The translations under genes and the position numbers were made by a program. A stretch of DNA of 64,000 nucleotides from Haliotis cracherodii (Eukaryota). The notes beneath the pieces were generated by a model that was given only the letters and a program-made list of their open reading frames with translations, ran no database searches and was not told the origin of the DNA. The stretch is taken from NCBI RefSeq assembly GCF_022045235.1, contig NW_027266275.1, forward strand, positions 53,878,001 to 53,942,000. Direction: 5' to 3'. Position 1 is the stretch's first letter, and each line of letters begins with the position of its first letter. Positions 14,901 to 29,900 of the stretch are shown here, piece after piece.

Positions 14901-17900
14901 GTTGAATGTAACGTAGAACGTCTCATTAGTGGTGTACGCGTGCGTGTGTTGTAGAGTGGTAGAAGGTGCCCAGTCGGAGTATGTGTATCCGTTATATGCA
15001 GGGTTTGTTGAACAGGGACTCTCGCCATAAAGGACTGGAGTGGTGAAATCCCCCATATCGAATACAAAGCATGACTCTGTTCCCGGCCTCGCGAGATTCA
15101 CTGTGAATGTGATATTTTTATAAGCGTCAGAAGGGCCGTCGTTTACTAATGTGTTGAACAGGATGGTCTGTTGTGTGGTGACGCTCAGCTTGACGGCGTC
15201 GTAGAACAGGGCATTGGTGGCATTCACGCATATGACATATGTACCAGGAGTCGTATAGGTGTGGCTATGTATTCTAGAATCAGTCCTCTCTATTATCCCA
15301 TCCCCGAAGTCCCAGATGTATGTGATGCCATTTCCAGACCGCACTGTTGTATTGAATATCACTGGCCTTTCAAGAGGGAAGACATCAACGCTTGATCCAT
15401 GTCCCGTAGTAAGAACATCAGATGTGTCCAGTTTTCGATAAAATGCAGTCACTTGTAACCCTTTGACTTCTTCCAGAACACCGATTCTGAATTCCGTCAC
15501 GTTTGTTGACACATCGTTAAACACCGTTACATTTGCATCATAAAACCCTTCATAATTATAGGCTGTTAACCTTTTAACAGATTTCTTAGACACAATCAAT
15601 TCCTGGAATATACCAGACACCGGGTTACCACCACCGAAATTGAATACATAGTTGACATGACTCCCCGATTCCACGTACAGCATAAATTCCACCGTGCCAC
15701 CGATTGGTATGAAGAGACTGCTTGTACTGGCAGCAACACCAGTGAGGGCAAGCTGAACTAACACCTCAGACTGTAGGACCTGAAAACTCAACAAGTTGGA
15801 ACAATTCACAGAGAATGGCACACGTCCAACATCATAGAGACTCGTCCACAACACTGTGAAGGACAGGGGGGCACTTACATTGATAGAGTCCACAGAGTAT
15901 TCTTCATTTGTGACGTTCAGAAAGTCTGTTATACAAGTGACGAAGGACGGAGGTGACGAATCTGATGGGTATTTGATGATGATGTCTATCTCGCCAGGAG
16001 GAACTCCTACAGGACTCTGAGTTTCAATACTCAGATCCTTCACCTTGTTCTGGACTGCGATGGACTCGTTTAGTGATTGTTCGATTTGCGACGCTCTGTT
16101 ACTCGCTGTGACCTTGGGCGTGAAGAACCCTGATTTCGGATATGACTGGGTAATGAATTGGTTGGATGACCCCGGCATAATGTTTCCGAGTTGGAGCGTC
16201 TTGGCCCTGTTGTCCCCGAAATCAAGCACAAGAGTTAGATTTGACCCCTTTCCTACACTTATGGACAGAATGAACGCCTCTCCAGGAAGTAAAATATGTT
16301 TGTTGGTCGTTATATTTACATCGCTTATCGTTTCTTCAACGAAGAAAGAAATTGAGGTCACTGAAGATGACACGTGGTTTGAGCAATTCACCGAAACTAT
16401 GAAATCTCCAAGTTGATAGGCGTGGGTATATTTGAAGGTTTTCGTTTTGGAAAGGATCTGGATTGTGGTTGTCTTCATCGTCCCATCTCCATAATCCATC
16501 ACGCAGAGAATATATTCCAATATCAAACTGTCATTTTCAACCGACAGAATGAAATCTCTTTCAAATTCTGTAGCGCCAATTTGAATGTCAATCTTGAGTT
16601 GACGTACATCTTCTTCAACAATGATCTGAACTGTGGAGCTGATGGAACTGACGTCGTTGGCTGACGTCACCGTCCAGTTGTACGTGTTGGCGAGGATGTA
16701 GGAGTGGCTGAAGTTGTAAGGGTTTAAGAATGCTAGGAGCTGAGGGTCACTCTTGCTCTCGAATCCGCCATCACCGTATGTTAGCGTGTAGGTGACATGC
16801 GACCCCCTCTGAAGCCAGATAGTGACTACAACGGCTTCTCTAGTCTGGTAGTATTGTTTATCTGCCGCAAGGGTTACGCCCTGGATCTTATCCTGGTTGC
16901 TCTCGTCGATAGCTGTTGGTAGAAACGTACAATTGTATATAATATATGTGGGAAGTTTCTTTACATTCTTTAAAGATTAATTAAATCTGTATCATACACA
17001 TTGAACTAATCCAGACACCCAGTTTTCAGGACCATTACGTTTAGGACTATACATTCAAAAGATTTAACTTCTGATTCGTTAATCCAGATGATCGATAATA
17101 CAGACGATTGCATAGGGAACAGTACCGTCCGCATTAACGGAGCTGGACTGTGACCCAGGATATGGGGAAGGTGAAACACCTTGTAAGGTACAAATAGAAA
17201 AGTTGAATTCGTTGGATAAAGCAACTTTCGTCATATAACACTTCAAAATGTCTCTTACGACCAGCATGGGTTGCCGGAGACCAGGTCTAACCCAGAGTCC
17301 CAACGGGGGTTAATTTTCACCTTTACGGTAATCCGTGGCATGAAGAGGCGTTGGCATGCATACACCCATATCTACAAATATAGCGACAGAATCATCACTG
17401 TAAAGTCGTACCGAGACAGCTACGCCCAGGCCTGTCGACGGAGTAATCCAGGAACTCAGGCTTACACGTGCAGTTGTAGGTTCCAATGTCGTTAAGGCAC
17501 ACGGCCTCAGGCGAGCAGTCGTTCCATGTCGATAGGGAACATTCGTCCACGTCTAGAAACGCGATAGGACAATCAAACAATATTTGCCACACTTATTTAG
17601 GTATGTGAAACACAAAATAGTATATAAAAACACAACATGATATACTAGGGTCATTTGATACTAGTAAGGGATGCACTTATATATACAGCTATAAAATCAC
17701 ATATGCAAAAGGATATGTCGGCATTACATTTGAAACACAAAGGGGGTGTTAAACCACAAAATGATATGGGAAACACAGTATGCCCCTCAAAATGTTGTGT
17801 CAAAACGAGAAAGGGTGTGTCAAAAACGAATTTATGAAGTATACAAATATAAATACCTGTGACGTATATATCAGATTGGTTGTTGTGAGGTACATATCAT

Positions 17901-20900
17901 ATTGGTTGATGACTCTCAATACCTGTGACGTATATATCATATTGGTTGATGACCCTCAATACCTGTGACGTATATATCAGATTGGTTGATGACCCTCAAT
18001 ACCTGTGACGTATATATCAGATTGGTTGATGACCCTCAATACCTGTGACATATATATCAGATTGGTTGATGACCCTTAATACTTTTGACGTACATATCAG
18101 ATTGGCTGATGACCCTCAATACCTGTGACATATATATCAGATTGGTTGATGACCCTTAATACTTTTGACGTATATATCAGATTGGTTGATGACCCTCAAT
18201 ACCTGTGACGTATATATATATCAGATTGGTTGATGACCCTCAACACCTGTGACGTATATATCATATCGGTTGATGACCCTCAATACATGTGACGTTTATA
18301 TCAGATTGGTTGTTGACCCTCAATACCTGTGACATATATATCATATCGGTTGATGATCCTCAATACCTGTGAGGTACATATCAGATTGGTTGTTGACCCT
18401 CAATACCCGTGACATATATATCAAATTGGTTGATGACCCTTAATACATGTGACGTACATATCAGATTGGTTGATGACCCTCAATACCTGTGACGTACATA
18501 TCAGATAAGTTGATGACCCTCAATACCTGTGACGTATATATCAGATTGGTTGTTGACCCTCAATACATGTGACATATATATCAGATTGGTTGATTGCCCT
18601 TAATACATGTAACGTATATATCAGATTGGTTGCAGATCCTCAATACCTGTGACGTATATATCAGATTGGTTGATGACCAACCCGTCGTTATTGAAAGTGT
18701 CGACATTGTCTTGCACCATCACGGATAATCCCTCAGGGCCACCGTTGTAATTGTTGTCCACGTAGATAGAGGCATTAACAACGACGCTACCATTGGTGAA
18801 CTGATGAACCATGGTGCCGTATACCAGTTCCCCAATTGTCTGGTTGAGGCAGTCTGTCAGCTGTGGAGAGAAATAACAGCCGTGTCATGGCAAGTTATAC
18901 ACGTATGCCACGCGATCTCGACCTTTGGAAACAAGCAATACATGAGAAAATGTGAGAATACAAGATTTGACGTTTCCCTGTCGTGTAGATGAACGAGACC
19001 CACTCTGGTGATATACGCTATTTCTAAAAGATTAGCTTCCCGGGATTAATAAACATCTCGGATCCATACTAGAGAGAGGGGCGGGGAGAACTGGAGGTGG
19101 GNNNNNNNNNNNNNNNNNNNNNNNNNNNNNNNNNNNNNNNNNNNNNNNNNNNNNNNNNNNNNNNNNNNNNNNNNNNNNNNNNNNNNNNNNNNNNNNNNNN
19201 NNNNNNNNNNNNNNNNNNNNNNNNNNNNNNNNNNNNNNNNNNNNNNNTCCTTACATTATATTCTTAGCCATCTCTAAAAATACACTCACATTTTTATACA
19301 ATGTCCTGTCTTGTACATACCTGATATGGTGCTATCACTTTTCTACCAAATTTTGACATACATTAGCTGTTTCGGAGAATACAGCAAAACCAAACGGACG
19401 AACAGTCCCACGTCTTGCTACACATGGATCTTTGGTGTGACTATCTTGTTGTATTGTCAATACATTTAGATAAATATCAACTTGGTCGACGGTCATCGTG
19501 GTTTTTTTGCAAGTAAGGAGTGAGATGGGTTTAACGCCGCTTTGCGCAGTATTCCAGTTATAAAGCCCGCAATAGGGCAGGCTTCAAAAGGTTACCACCA
19601 TGGTGAAACCCACGAGCTGACAATGCTAGAAACATAATCGGAGCGAACCGGGATTCGAACCAATACCCATATGGCGTGGTGTATTTGGGATACAATGAAG
19701 GCAATTATTAATGATCACCATATTTTTTTCCTGTTATGAAATCAATAGTGTAGCTTGGTATCGAAGATAACTATTGTTATTTTACAATGGGGCCATGGAC
19801 AATTGCAATGCATTAATCAATCGTTACACTCTACTGCTTACGGTGCGGCTGAAGTTTGTGGACAGTTCGAGTGACTCTGGGGATTCCATGTCGTCGTAGA
19901 CGCTTCTGTAGTCGGCTGGCTGTCCCCCTATCTCCAGAAGTCGGAGAGAGCTGTAGAACACTTTGCTCTCTGGGAAAACAAACGTCATTATCAAAAAATA
20001 ATTCAGTCGTTTGCATTTATTACACTGCTTTTTCACTACTGCTTAGCTGAGATGATCCACCTCCCCCCCTACAGCTTCGTCTGCTGCTGCAGTTGCTGTT
20101 GCGTTCAGGTTCTGCTGCTGCTGTTGCTGTTACCAGTACTTTATCATCGACAAATATAAGCAGGTCGAAGCTGGGATTCGAACCTAGCACGCCTTAGGGA
20201 CGGAACTTTGTACAGCGCGGCTCGATTCATTAATGAAGGTTTGTTTACTGCCGCCATCAACAATATTCCAGCTATGTGATGGCGGTCTCTAAATAATCCA
20301 GTCTGGACCAGACAATCCAGTGATTAACATCATGAGCATCGATCCACGCAATTGGTTTACGATGACAGGCATCAACTCAGTCAGCGAGCCTGACCACCCG
20401 ACCATATCAGTCGCCTTTTACGACAGGCATCGTTTGCTGAAGGCCTATTCTAACCCATCTGCGCGGATACATTAATGAAGCATTTGGTATTCATATTGAC
20501 CAAGACATTTACGACCAAGGTATATGTTTACCATAAGAAGAAGACTCACCCAGGCATTCCAGCGGTGATCTCTGGTAGAAGCCATTGTGGCACACACAGG
20601 AGAAACTGCCGGGAGAGTTGTGGCACGTGGAGTGGGCGGGGCATGGAAAAGATGAACACTCGTTGATGTCTGGAGAAGTAAAGAGAAGACTGTCAATTGT
20701 CAAAAGGTCAATCTAGACAGACAATGCTGAATTGACAATCTGAATATAATATTATGTCCTTTAATGCATCTAGTGTAGACTGAGTGAGTGAATATGCCTT
20801 TATGCCGCCTTCAGCAATATTCAAGCAATATTCCGGCAATGGACCGAACACTTCCCCGCTACCCAAGCGCTACCCCACGGCACTGATTCTACTGTAGAAA

Positions 20901-23900
20901 AGGAATGTAAATCCAGTGATTGACATCATGAGCATCGATCCACGCAATTGGGATTGATGACATGCATTAACCAAGTCAGCGAGCCTGACCACCCGATCCC
21001 GTTAGTCGCCTTTTACGACAAGCATAATCGTCTTTTACGCCGGCATGGGTGGCTGAAGACCTATTCTACCCCGTCTCTTCACGGGTAGCGCCGGCTTTAG
21101 AAACATTCCAGCCACCTCAAGGAACTCGTTGTACTCATCAATTATTAGATTTGTCCAGACTTCACGACGTAGTCTCTCGTTAAATAGTTGTAATATTAAT
21201 AGTGATTCTACAATGAATAGGGGACATACTCGATTCAGATTGGTTAATCAGAGGTATAAAATCACAATAAAAACCTCTGATTGAAACAGCCGATTTGACT
21301 GCGAGATCAGTTCAAAAATCAATTGTGCATGGTTTAGTCTACACTGTATCTAGTTCTACATTGAAAACACAGTACGTATATGTTTAAAATGTGTATTTCT
21401 TACTGCGCAGTTCGCAAATATATCTCGTTCACCAGCAAAACATACGTCACTACAACACCGCAAATCGGACTATGTCTTCAGGAGTGATAGAGGAACGTGT
21501 ATACAAAATCTGTATAATACTGACGAGTCAGGGTGATCAAACACTTTAACAACTAAGCTGCCCATCAGTCCCTATGTATATGCGTAAAACACCGCGACAG
21601 AGGAAAACACGCTCACGTAGGAGCATAGACGACATGTTGGGGGTGGCTATGACTGGGCTGGGACGCGATACTCACCTTCACACACGCCAAGGGACGTCAT
21701 GAAGCCGCTCCGGCAGGGGCAGGCGTAGCCCCCGGGGCTGTTCTCACACACGGTGTTGGTGGGGCAGGGGTTGCCGGTAGTACACTCATTCACATCTAGC
21801 GACAAATTAACACGGTTGGTTAGTTTTCAGAGAGCAGAATGATTGAACGATCACAGGAAGACTGAATATTACTGGTAATGTTACTTTTTGTTGAAGGCAT
21901 GACGTTTTTCTGTGATTGGAGGAGCCGAATTATTTTTAAAAACTCATTTAAGATGGACATCAAGCCTTTTAGCTAATAGCTTCAATTCAATATTTTTTTA
22001 TCAATTAAAATTTTTTTTTATAGGGGTGGGGTGGAGGGCGAGGTTAAGCCTGAGTTTGAATTACTTTTGTCCTGTTTAAACTGAAACATTATTTTTTTCA
22101 TACAACAATTCCAAAGACACCAAATAAAGATACGAAGGCAGCTTGGGTATCAATTGTTTTTTGCTTTTGCCTGATTATCGTGTTTGAGATATTGGATTGA
22201 CACATCGTATTGGAATGCGGGCACTGGAGACATAAAGGTTAACTTAAATCTTTTAACAAGTAAGGAAATGGGGATTTAAAAAAACACACACGTTAAAAAT
22301 ACTTTCATAAAGTACTGAAACACTATTCATCGTAATATATCATGTATAAAGAATCTCTACAGCTTAATACATTTCAAAGAACGATCAACATTTAACAAAA
22401 CAAACCTCGTGTTTCTTGAGGATTTTTGTTTTAGAATAATATTTGTCCTGAACTAAGGAGCTATACACTGCTCAAAGTCTCAAAATCACATATCCGTTGC
22501 CATTACATAACCTGTCAACCGTTACTCTTGCACCCGCTGTAAAGTGGGAACCTTTTAATCCCTCAGATCAATACACAATAGACGTGCGTCTTTCTTTGTG
22601 ACTCTACCTTGGCAAAGACCACTGTTGTTCTGGAAGCCTGTTTTACAAGCACACTCGTAGCTTCCAATTATATTCGTACAGACTGCATTGTCCGTGCATG
22701 GGAACTGAAGGCATTCGTTCTGGTCTGAAATGGATGATCAATAACTTGGAATGTAATGATTTTGAAGTAATGAACTACAAACACAGATATGTATAACGAT
22801 ACAACAAGTTTGTATAAAATCGATTTGAATTGTTTGATATGCGTTTCTTAGAAGTTGACGGATGACAAAGTAGACAAAAATGCTTTTTGGACAACAACGT
22901 CTTTATTATACTGTAACTGCGACGTTACGGTATATGTCATTATACATATGTCAAGCAAGACTGAAAATCGATTTAGCAAAATGCATGCTGACAATACAAA
23001 ATAATATCCTTTACAAATGAAAGGATCCCTTGTTCGATTATCGGACATAATTAAAGGTACTTAGGTGCATCCGACCTTTGTTAGAATTGAAAGGTTTGTA
23101 GGACATTATGTTTGTTAAGTGTATAAAATCAAGGAAAGAGATGAAGTTAATACTGTTGAAGTTGAAGGAATATTTTCATTAGTTTCATAACTTTTTTTGT
23201 GAAACTGTGGTTCTTTCTATTTGTTGAGAAATGTTGTCATGGTAATTAAATAGTGATTCTCACCCAAGCGTTTAATTGTGTTGTGTGTGTGTGTGTGTGT
23301 GAAGTATCTGTGATGGTTGTTATTTAAATGGTCGCCAAGGATATTTGTGGGATTATATCCCATATTCTTCACTATTAAGAGCTGTAAACATCTCTTAAAT
23401 GAAAAATCTGACACGTCGTAATGTTACAGAAATACAGTTCAAAGCGGCGTTTAACCTGACTCACTCACTCACTCACACATAACTACCTATGCAGGCCCCG
23501 CCTAGGTCCTGAAAGCCGTCGAGACAGGGGCAGCTGTAACTCCCATTAGTGTTCATGCACCTCGTATGCGGAGGACAGACGACTGTGTCACATTCGTCAA
23601 TGTCTGAAAATAATGATACTTCTTTAATAATAGGAATTTGATTTTAAGAATTTGATATTATGTTAAAAACCTTAATTTTGCATAAGGTTTTACAAAATGA
23701 AAAAATCTGTTCTTGAAAAAATGACTTGAAGCAGTAACCGCAACAATAGAACAATATTTCCCCTCTTTCAAAAGTCCCAGAAATACTTTCAATTTTCGGA
23801 CCAGCATGGCACGCTACCTGTGCAGGTGTCGTCGACGACGGTGTATCCTGGTGGACATGCGCATGTGTAGTTGCCGTCGGTGTTGGTGCAGTCAGCGCCG

Positions 23901-26900
23901 ACCGCGCACGGGGAGATATCACATTCGTTGACATCTGGGACAGGGAAATGACATCCAGGTTAACAGGAATTCCACCATGACTGTCTACACTACTACCTTA
24001 TCGACTTCGAGACTGCATATACTGTTTAACATTGATGATACAAATCTTTAAAGTAGGTCAACAGTATGGTTTAGACTAAGAGAATTAGTAGAAATCAGGG
24101 CGAATCTGAGATTCGAACCCTCACTCATAGGCGCCTAAGACGACTAGCCCACCAGTTGATAGTCACATGAACGAAACTAGTTTCAAAATGGATTCCTGCC
24201 ACCGCTGACCGAGTTCAAGTTGAACTGTGTCGAGCAGAATGACTAAATCACTAGTCTTGTACCTATCGACTGTCAAACTTCATTATATTTATCTGTACAT
24301 AACTGATTAAAATTACTTACCTAAACATAGTTCCTCCTGTTTAAAGTACCCGTCTACGCATGTGCAGTTATAGCTTCCGGGTGTATTCACGCATGTGGAG
24401 TGGGATGGACACTTGTCAACCACACACTCGTTGGTATCTATGATTGTAAGAACAGGTTTGTTGCTACTTCTCAAGCGGGAGTCTAGCAAAGTTAAGATTC
24501 TTAGGCACGATATATAGAAAAAAATAGACGGCTTGAAGTAGATATAACAGCCGTTTATTGGCTAGAATTTTCAGCCAGTACACATGTACGATCCTGTGCA
24601 GGCTATAGCAAACTGACGGACAATGGGAGGTTCCATAGTAACTCGACGCCATGACATTTTGTTGGACCTCAACTGAGGATGACACTGAAATGCAGTGAAA
24701 CTCACAGCTATCCATAAAATTCTTAATACACTAAATGTTTTACTGAGTTTTATAATGGAAATAAGAGCCTCCAGTCTCAACTTTCTCCATGTAAGAACCA
24801 GCTTGGGGGATCTGTATAAACTGATAAAGTTTATAAGTATGAGCGAGTTGGTAATGTGGGTTTAACGTCGCTTTGAACGGTATTCTAGGTCTATCACGGC
24901 ATGTTGTATACCCGGCGGTCCGGCAACAGTGGAGTCATGCATATGGCAGCGTTGCGTTACCAAAGTCGTCAACGAGATAGTGTCGAGATACTGGCCACGT
25001 GATAGTTCCCCCCTCCGTTCAAGATGCCAACTTGTACACAACATCAAAGTTTCTTAAACAACTTTTTTCAATGATAGGAATAAAAATAGCAAACAACAGA
25101 TATTATTGGATATAGGGTATTCATTGTCGTGTACCGTGTTGACATTTAATGGAATATTCCTGATTTTGAGTTATTTTGCAATTCGTCGTTCTCATTTGGA
25201 GCCAGTCGGACTGTATTCATTTGTGATGATCAACCCACATTGCAACAGAAAGACCAACGTGTTATACACAAATATTCCCCAAAATAGAAATACAGGTGTG
25301 AGTGGCCAGTACATTGTTCCCTTGGTATTGCGATGTCACATGTCCTGAAGTCATGTATTTTTTCGACAAATATGTAATACTCAATTTCTAAATAACAGCA
25401 AGAAAAAAACATTGATACCAAATATCGTTACGTGTTCTGCTCTTTCATGTAATAGACAAAAAATTGGGTGTGCAAACTGACGCTTTGTTTTATTGGTTTG
25501 TAATTTCATAAGTATATGTCTCCTAATGATGTGACCGAAAAAGGGACAACTAAAAGTAAAATTTTATTGCATTCAGTTTTGTTACATTTACATCAAAGAC
25601 AAATACCTCATGTGTAAGAATATTACTTCACATTGACATTTTATAATACCATGTTTGTGTTCAATATGGATATACGTTATTGCACATTCTTCCCATGCTT
25701 TTCATGGAAATGGCCAACGCACAGTTTTACATATACAACCGTTTCCATTACAACGGATTACCTACCTTTACAAACATCACCGTCATCAACAAACCCTGGC
25801 TTGCACACACAGTAGTAGCCCCCCGGGGTGTTGATACAGTCCGCGTGCTGTTGACATGGGTCACCGTCACATTCGTTGATATCTGGGGGAGAAGTACAAC
25901 GTCACACAACGAACAATCGCAAAGACAAATCATATCACTGCGGATCCTGGCAAATGTAAGGGACTCAACTTACTGTGGCAAATTGCCCAACATGGAACCA
26001 AAACGCGATCCAAAGTATCATATCTGTATTGATACAGGAAAATCCAGTCATTGCCACATAGTTGCTGTACTAAATGCGCAATGCTATGAACTTCAAGCCA
26101 GTGGCTTTTTTTCCATTGTTGTTTTCAGTTGTTTTATCTCTTCTGTTTCAGATCTACGAAATGGGGTATCCGCTCATCTGGCAAAACACATCAGAGTGAA
26201 TGAACGTTAAGTATACATATTATTCACATATTTAACCTTGGGGGGAATCAGTGACGTGAAATGCTGACGATTCAGCCACTTGACTGACTACCCACACTGA
26301 CTGGCAGAGACATGTGGTTATGAATCACTATAATAGTATAGTGAGTGAGTGAGTGAGTGAGTTGGGTTTAACGCCGCTTTTAACAGTATTCCAGTCTTAT
26401 CAGGGCGTGTCAGCTTAATGTGGGAGGAAAGCCCGAAGTGATGCAGGTCTCAGACGTTTACCACTTCGGTGAAACCCACGAGCACGGGTATGGTGCTGAC
26501 AAACCTAGAAACATAATCGGGGCGAACCGGGATTCGAACCCACAATCATAGGTTTCTGGCGTGCCTAAGGGACGCAACTCTGCACAGCGAATCGCGGCGC
26601 CTTAGACGACTGGGCCACCCGTGCCCCCATAATAGTATAGATAAAACCGGATGTTCGCGGAAGGTGAGCGTATCCTGCTCCATCGGTGGGACCCGGCACA
26701 AATACATGCAAAGACAAGGCAAGTATCATCTAAACAAAGCCAGGAACATATAGTACAAGCCCCGACAGTGACACCATCATAAACACATGCAAAGGCAAGT
26801 CCGATATACACCTGAATAAAGCCGGGATCAAATAGTAAAAAACCCAACGTATGACACCCGTCACAAACACATGCAAAGGCAAATCAAGCGTCAACCTGAA

Positions 26901-29900
26901 CAAAGCCAGGATCATATACACCAGTGGATCAGACCCCGTCAGAACCATGGAGAGAATCTTGAACGTGCCAAGCTAACGTGTCACCCGACTGACATAATTC
27001 AGAAGACATAGGTTTGGCTGTGGTCAGCAATATAATGCGTAACTACAGAGTACTTATTATAATGCAGCATAACTAGTTTTGTAACCTACCCTGACAGATG
27101 TTACCGACGGTTAGGAAGCCGCTTCTGCAGCTGCATGTGTAGTTTCCGGGGGTGTTGGCACAGTCAGAGTTGCTGGGGCAAGGGTCGGCATCACACTCGT
27201 CTATGTCTACGGTATGAAAACATGTGCAGTTAGGCTGGATTCAGACTATGACCGTTTATATAGTGCGATTCGTTATGAACTGAGATATCCAGATGACACT
27301 GTATGCCAAGACGTATATGTTTACGGTTTACGGTGACAAAAACAGACCGAAATAATTGCCGATACTTTTCGGGGGTAAATGTACTTACCACTGCATTTGT
27401 CACCGTCTTTCACGTATCCTTGTACACAGTTACAAGTATGGCTTCCCACAGTGTTCTCACAGGTTGAGAACTCAGGGCATGGATTGACCAAACACTCATC
27501 GATATCTATGGAACACAAGGAAACAGCATGAAACTATTTCGGGTCCTCCGGAAGAGCTCGTTAAATCTCCATCATCGTCAGAAACCATATATCGGTAAAT
27601 GTTCTGTCATCATCATCATCATCGTCATCGTCGTCGTGAAACTACTATGACAAAGAATACCGAGAAACACTGCACACCAAGCACATTATGAACGCGTAGC
27701 TGAATCAGAATTGCTGCGTAGCGTTTCTGTTTGAAGACGGACTCCAATCCGCCAACGAGGGAAGCCCAGCCTAATTGACTTGAGCGATGTCTTCTGCAAA
27801 GTATTGTACTTTATAGTCCACTGTAAGTTGTAAACCTGACGTCAGGTATCTTCCCTATTTGATTTAGACGGATGTTGATTGCCGACTAAAATACCAAAAC
27901 AACGTCCCGAAAGCCCCATGCACCCGTGATTCATAAGTATGTTACAGTACCAACGATTGAAAACTCCCATACTTTAACATAGAATTACGACAATTGTAGC
28001 GCTAAGATAGCTGAGAAGCAATGGGGTCCGGTCTTTATAAAGGAAATCGACCTGTATTATAACAAACGATTGTGTACAACGTTCGAAGTTAGTAGATTTA
28101 TTCCCGATCCTTGACATCATTACTTATGAGGTAATCGGTAGATATCAAGCTTGTCCTTCATCTGATAATCACCTGTGCAGATCTCGCCCGACATGTTGAA
28201 GCCAGTGTTACACTCGCATCTGTGTGTCCCAGCCAGATCTATACACGTGGAGTGGGCGGGGCATGGGCTGCTCTGACACTCGTCTAACTCTAGTTAAACA
28301 GAATTCATCAGAATTGAGTATATTTTATACCAGTTTCCACCATCCGTTATCAGCTACCATCAGATGAACATTCCGAAGACTGTAGTCATTATTTTACTGA
28401 TAGTTAGTTAATCACATGACATCACAACCCTGTTTTCAATAAACTGCTACTAAACTGACGGGCAAAAGAATGTATACACTTGACAATTGGATTTGACAAA
28501 AAAAACACATTAGCGACGTTAGTAAAACGTTTCTAGGCTGAAAACAATCACCGAAACACTGCAAACTTAAGGTCCAAAAAACAACTATGAAACCCCTTAT
28601 CAAATACATTTCAACTAAATAACCATTTCTTGTTTGTATATATTTTAAACACCATCAAATTTGGGTGTATAAAACTTTTAATTATACGTTTTTGTAAGAT
28701 TCTGTGTCTAATAGCTACATTTTTGTTTGGTGATTTCGTTACAAAGTCACAACTTCACGCTGGATCAAGGTAGTCTTTTACTGGTTAGTCAGTTCAAGAG
28801 GCTATAGAAATGTACTCATTATCCTGAATGAGGCTTTAGACAAAGTAATTGGTGACATAATAATATTTCTATTAATGTCGCATTAATTTCCGTTCCTAGA
28901 GCTTAACCTATACTTACCTATGTAAGATGACCTGACACTTTCTGTACTGTAGGGCGACACCGTCAGCCCTGGGCCCAGCGCCATGGACGACGTCTCTATA
29001 AGCGTTGACAGCATGCAGGAGGATGCGTTGGCGCCGACGTCACTACACGTCAGCACAGTCATGGGAGTTGAAGACGTTGACAACTGCAGTTGTGACATCT
29101 GCAGCGACATAGAGGGCTGAATAGAGTCTGCTGTTGACATGGTATCTATATTTGAAGGGCTATATGATGTCACATCTGATGACAGCTCTGCCCAAGGGGA
29201 CATGCTTTGACTGTTGACTGATGTCACTGTTCCTACGCTGAAACTTTCTGTTGCTGCAAGTGATGGACCTGACATACTGGCTAATGAAGATGACATGTCC
29301 CCTCTATATGCTTCCGATGAAGTGTCGAGGCTGCTGCTGTTACTGATGGTGGCTGTAGCGGAAGCTGTTGCTAGGTAATCAGATGCTATCTGGATGGCAG
29401 ACGGTGTTTGATGTAGCACTGAGCTTTCTTCAGCAACACTGCTTGAGGCGTCTATCTGGATTACAGTCGATGTTTGATGAAGCGCTAAGCTTTCTTCAGC
29501 AACACTGCTTGAGGCGTCTATCTGGATTACAGTCGATGTTTGATGTAGCGCTGAGCTTTCTTCAGCAACACTGCTTGAGGCGTCTATCTGGATTACAGTC
29601 GATGTTTGATGTAGCGCTGAGCTTTCTTCAGCAACACTGCTTGAGGCGTCTATCTGGATTACAGTCGATGTTTGATGTAGCGCTAAGCTTTCTTCAGCAA
29701 CACTGCTTGAGGCGTCTATCTGGATTACAGTCGATGTTTGATGTAGCCCTGAGCTTTCTTCAGCAACACTGCTTGAGGCGTCTATCTGGATTACAGTCGA
29801 TGTTTGATGTAGCGCTGAGCTTTCTTCAGCAACACTGCTTGAGGCTTCTATTTGCAAGGCAGACGATGTTTGATGTAGCGCTGAGCTTCCTTCAGCAACA

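Noticed and set aside
17850-18678. Possible CRISPR array (regular 40-bp repeats)
   Set aside because: Head-to-tail repeats with no unique spacers, no cas genes, and a eukaryotic intron context.
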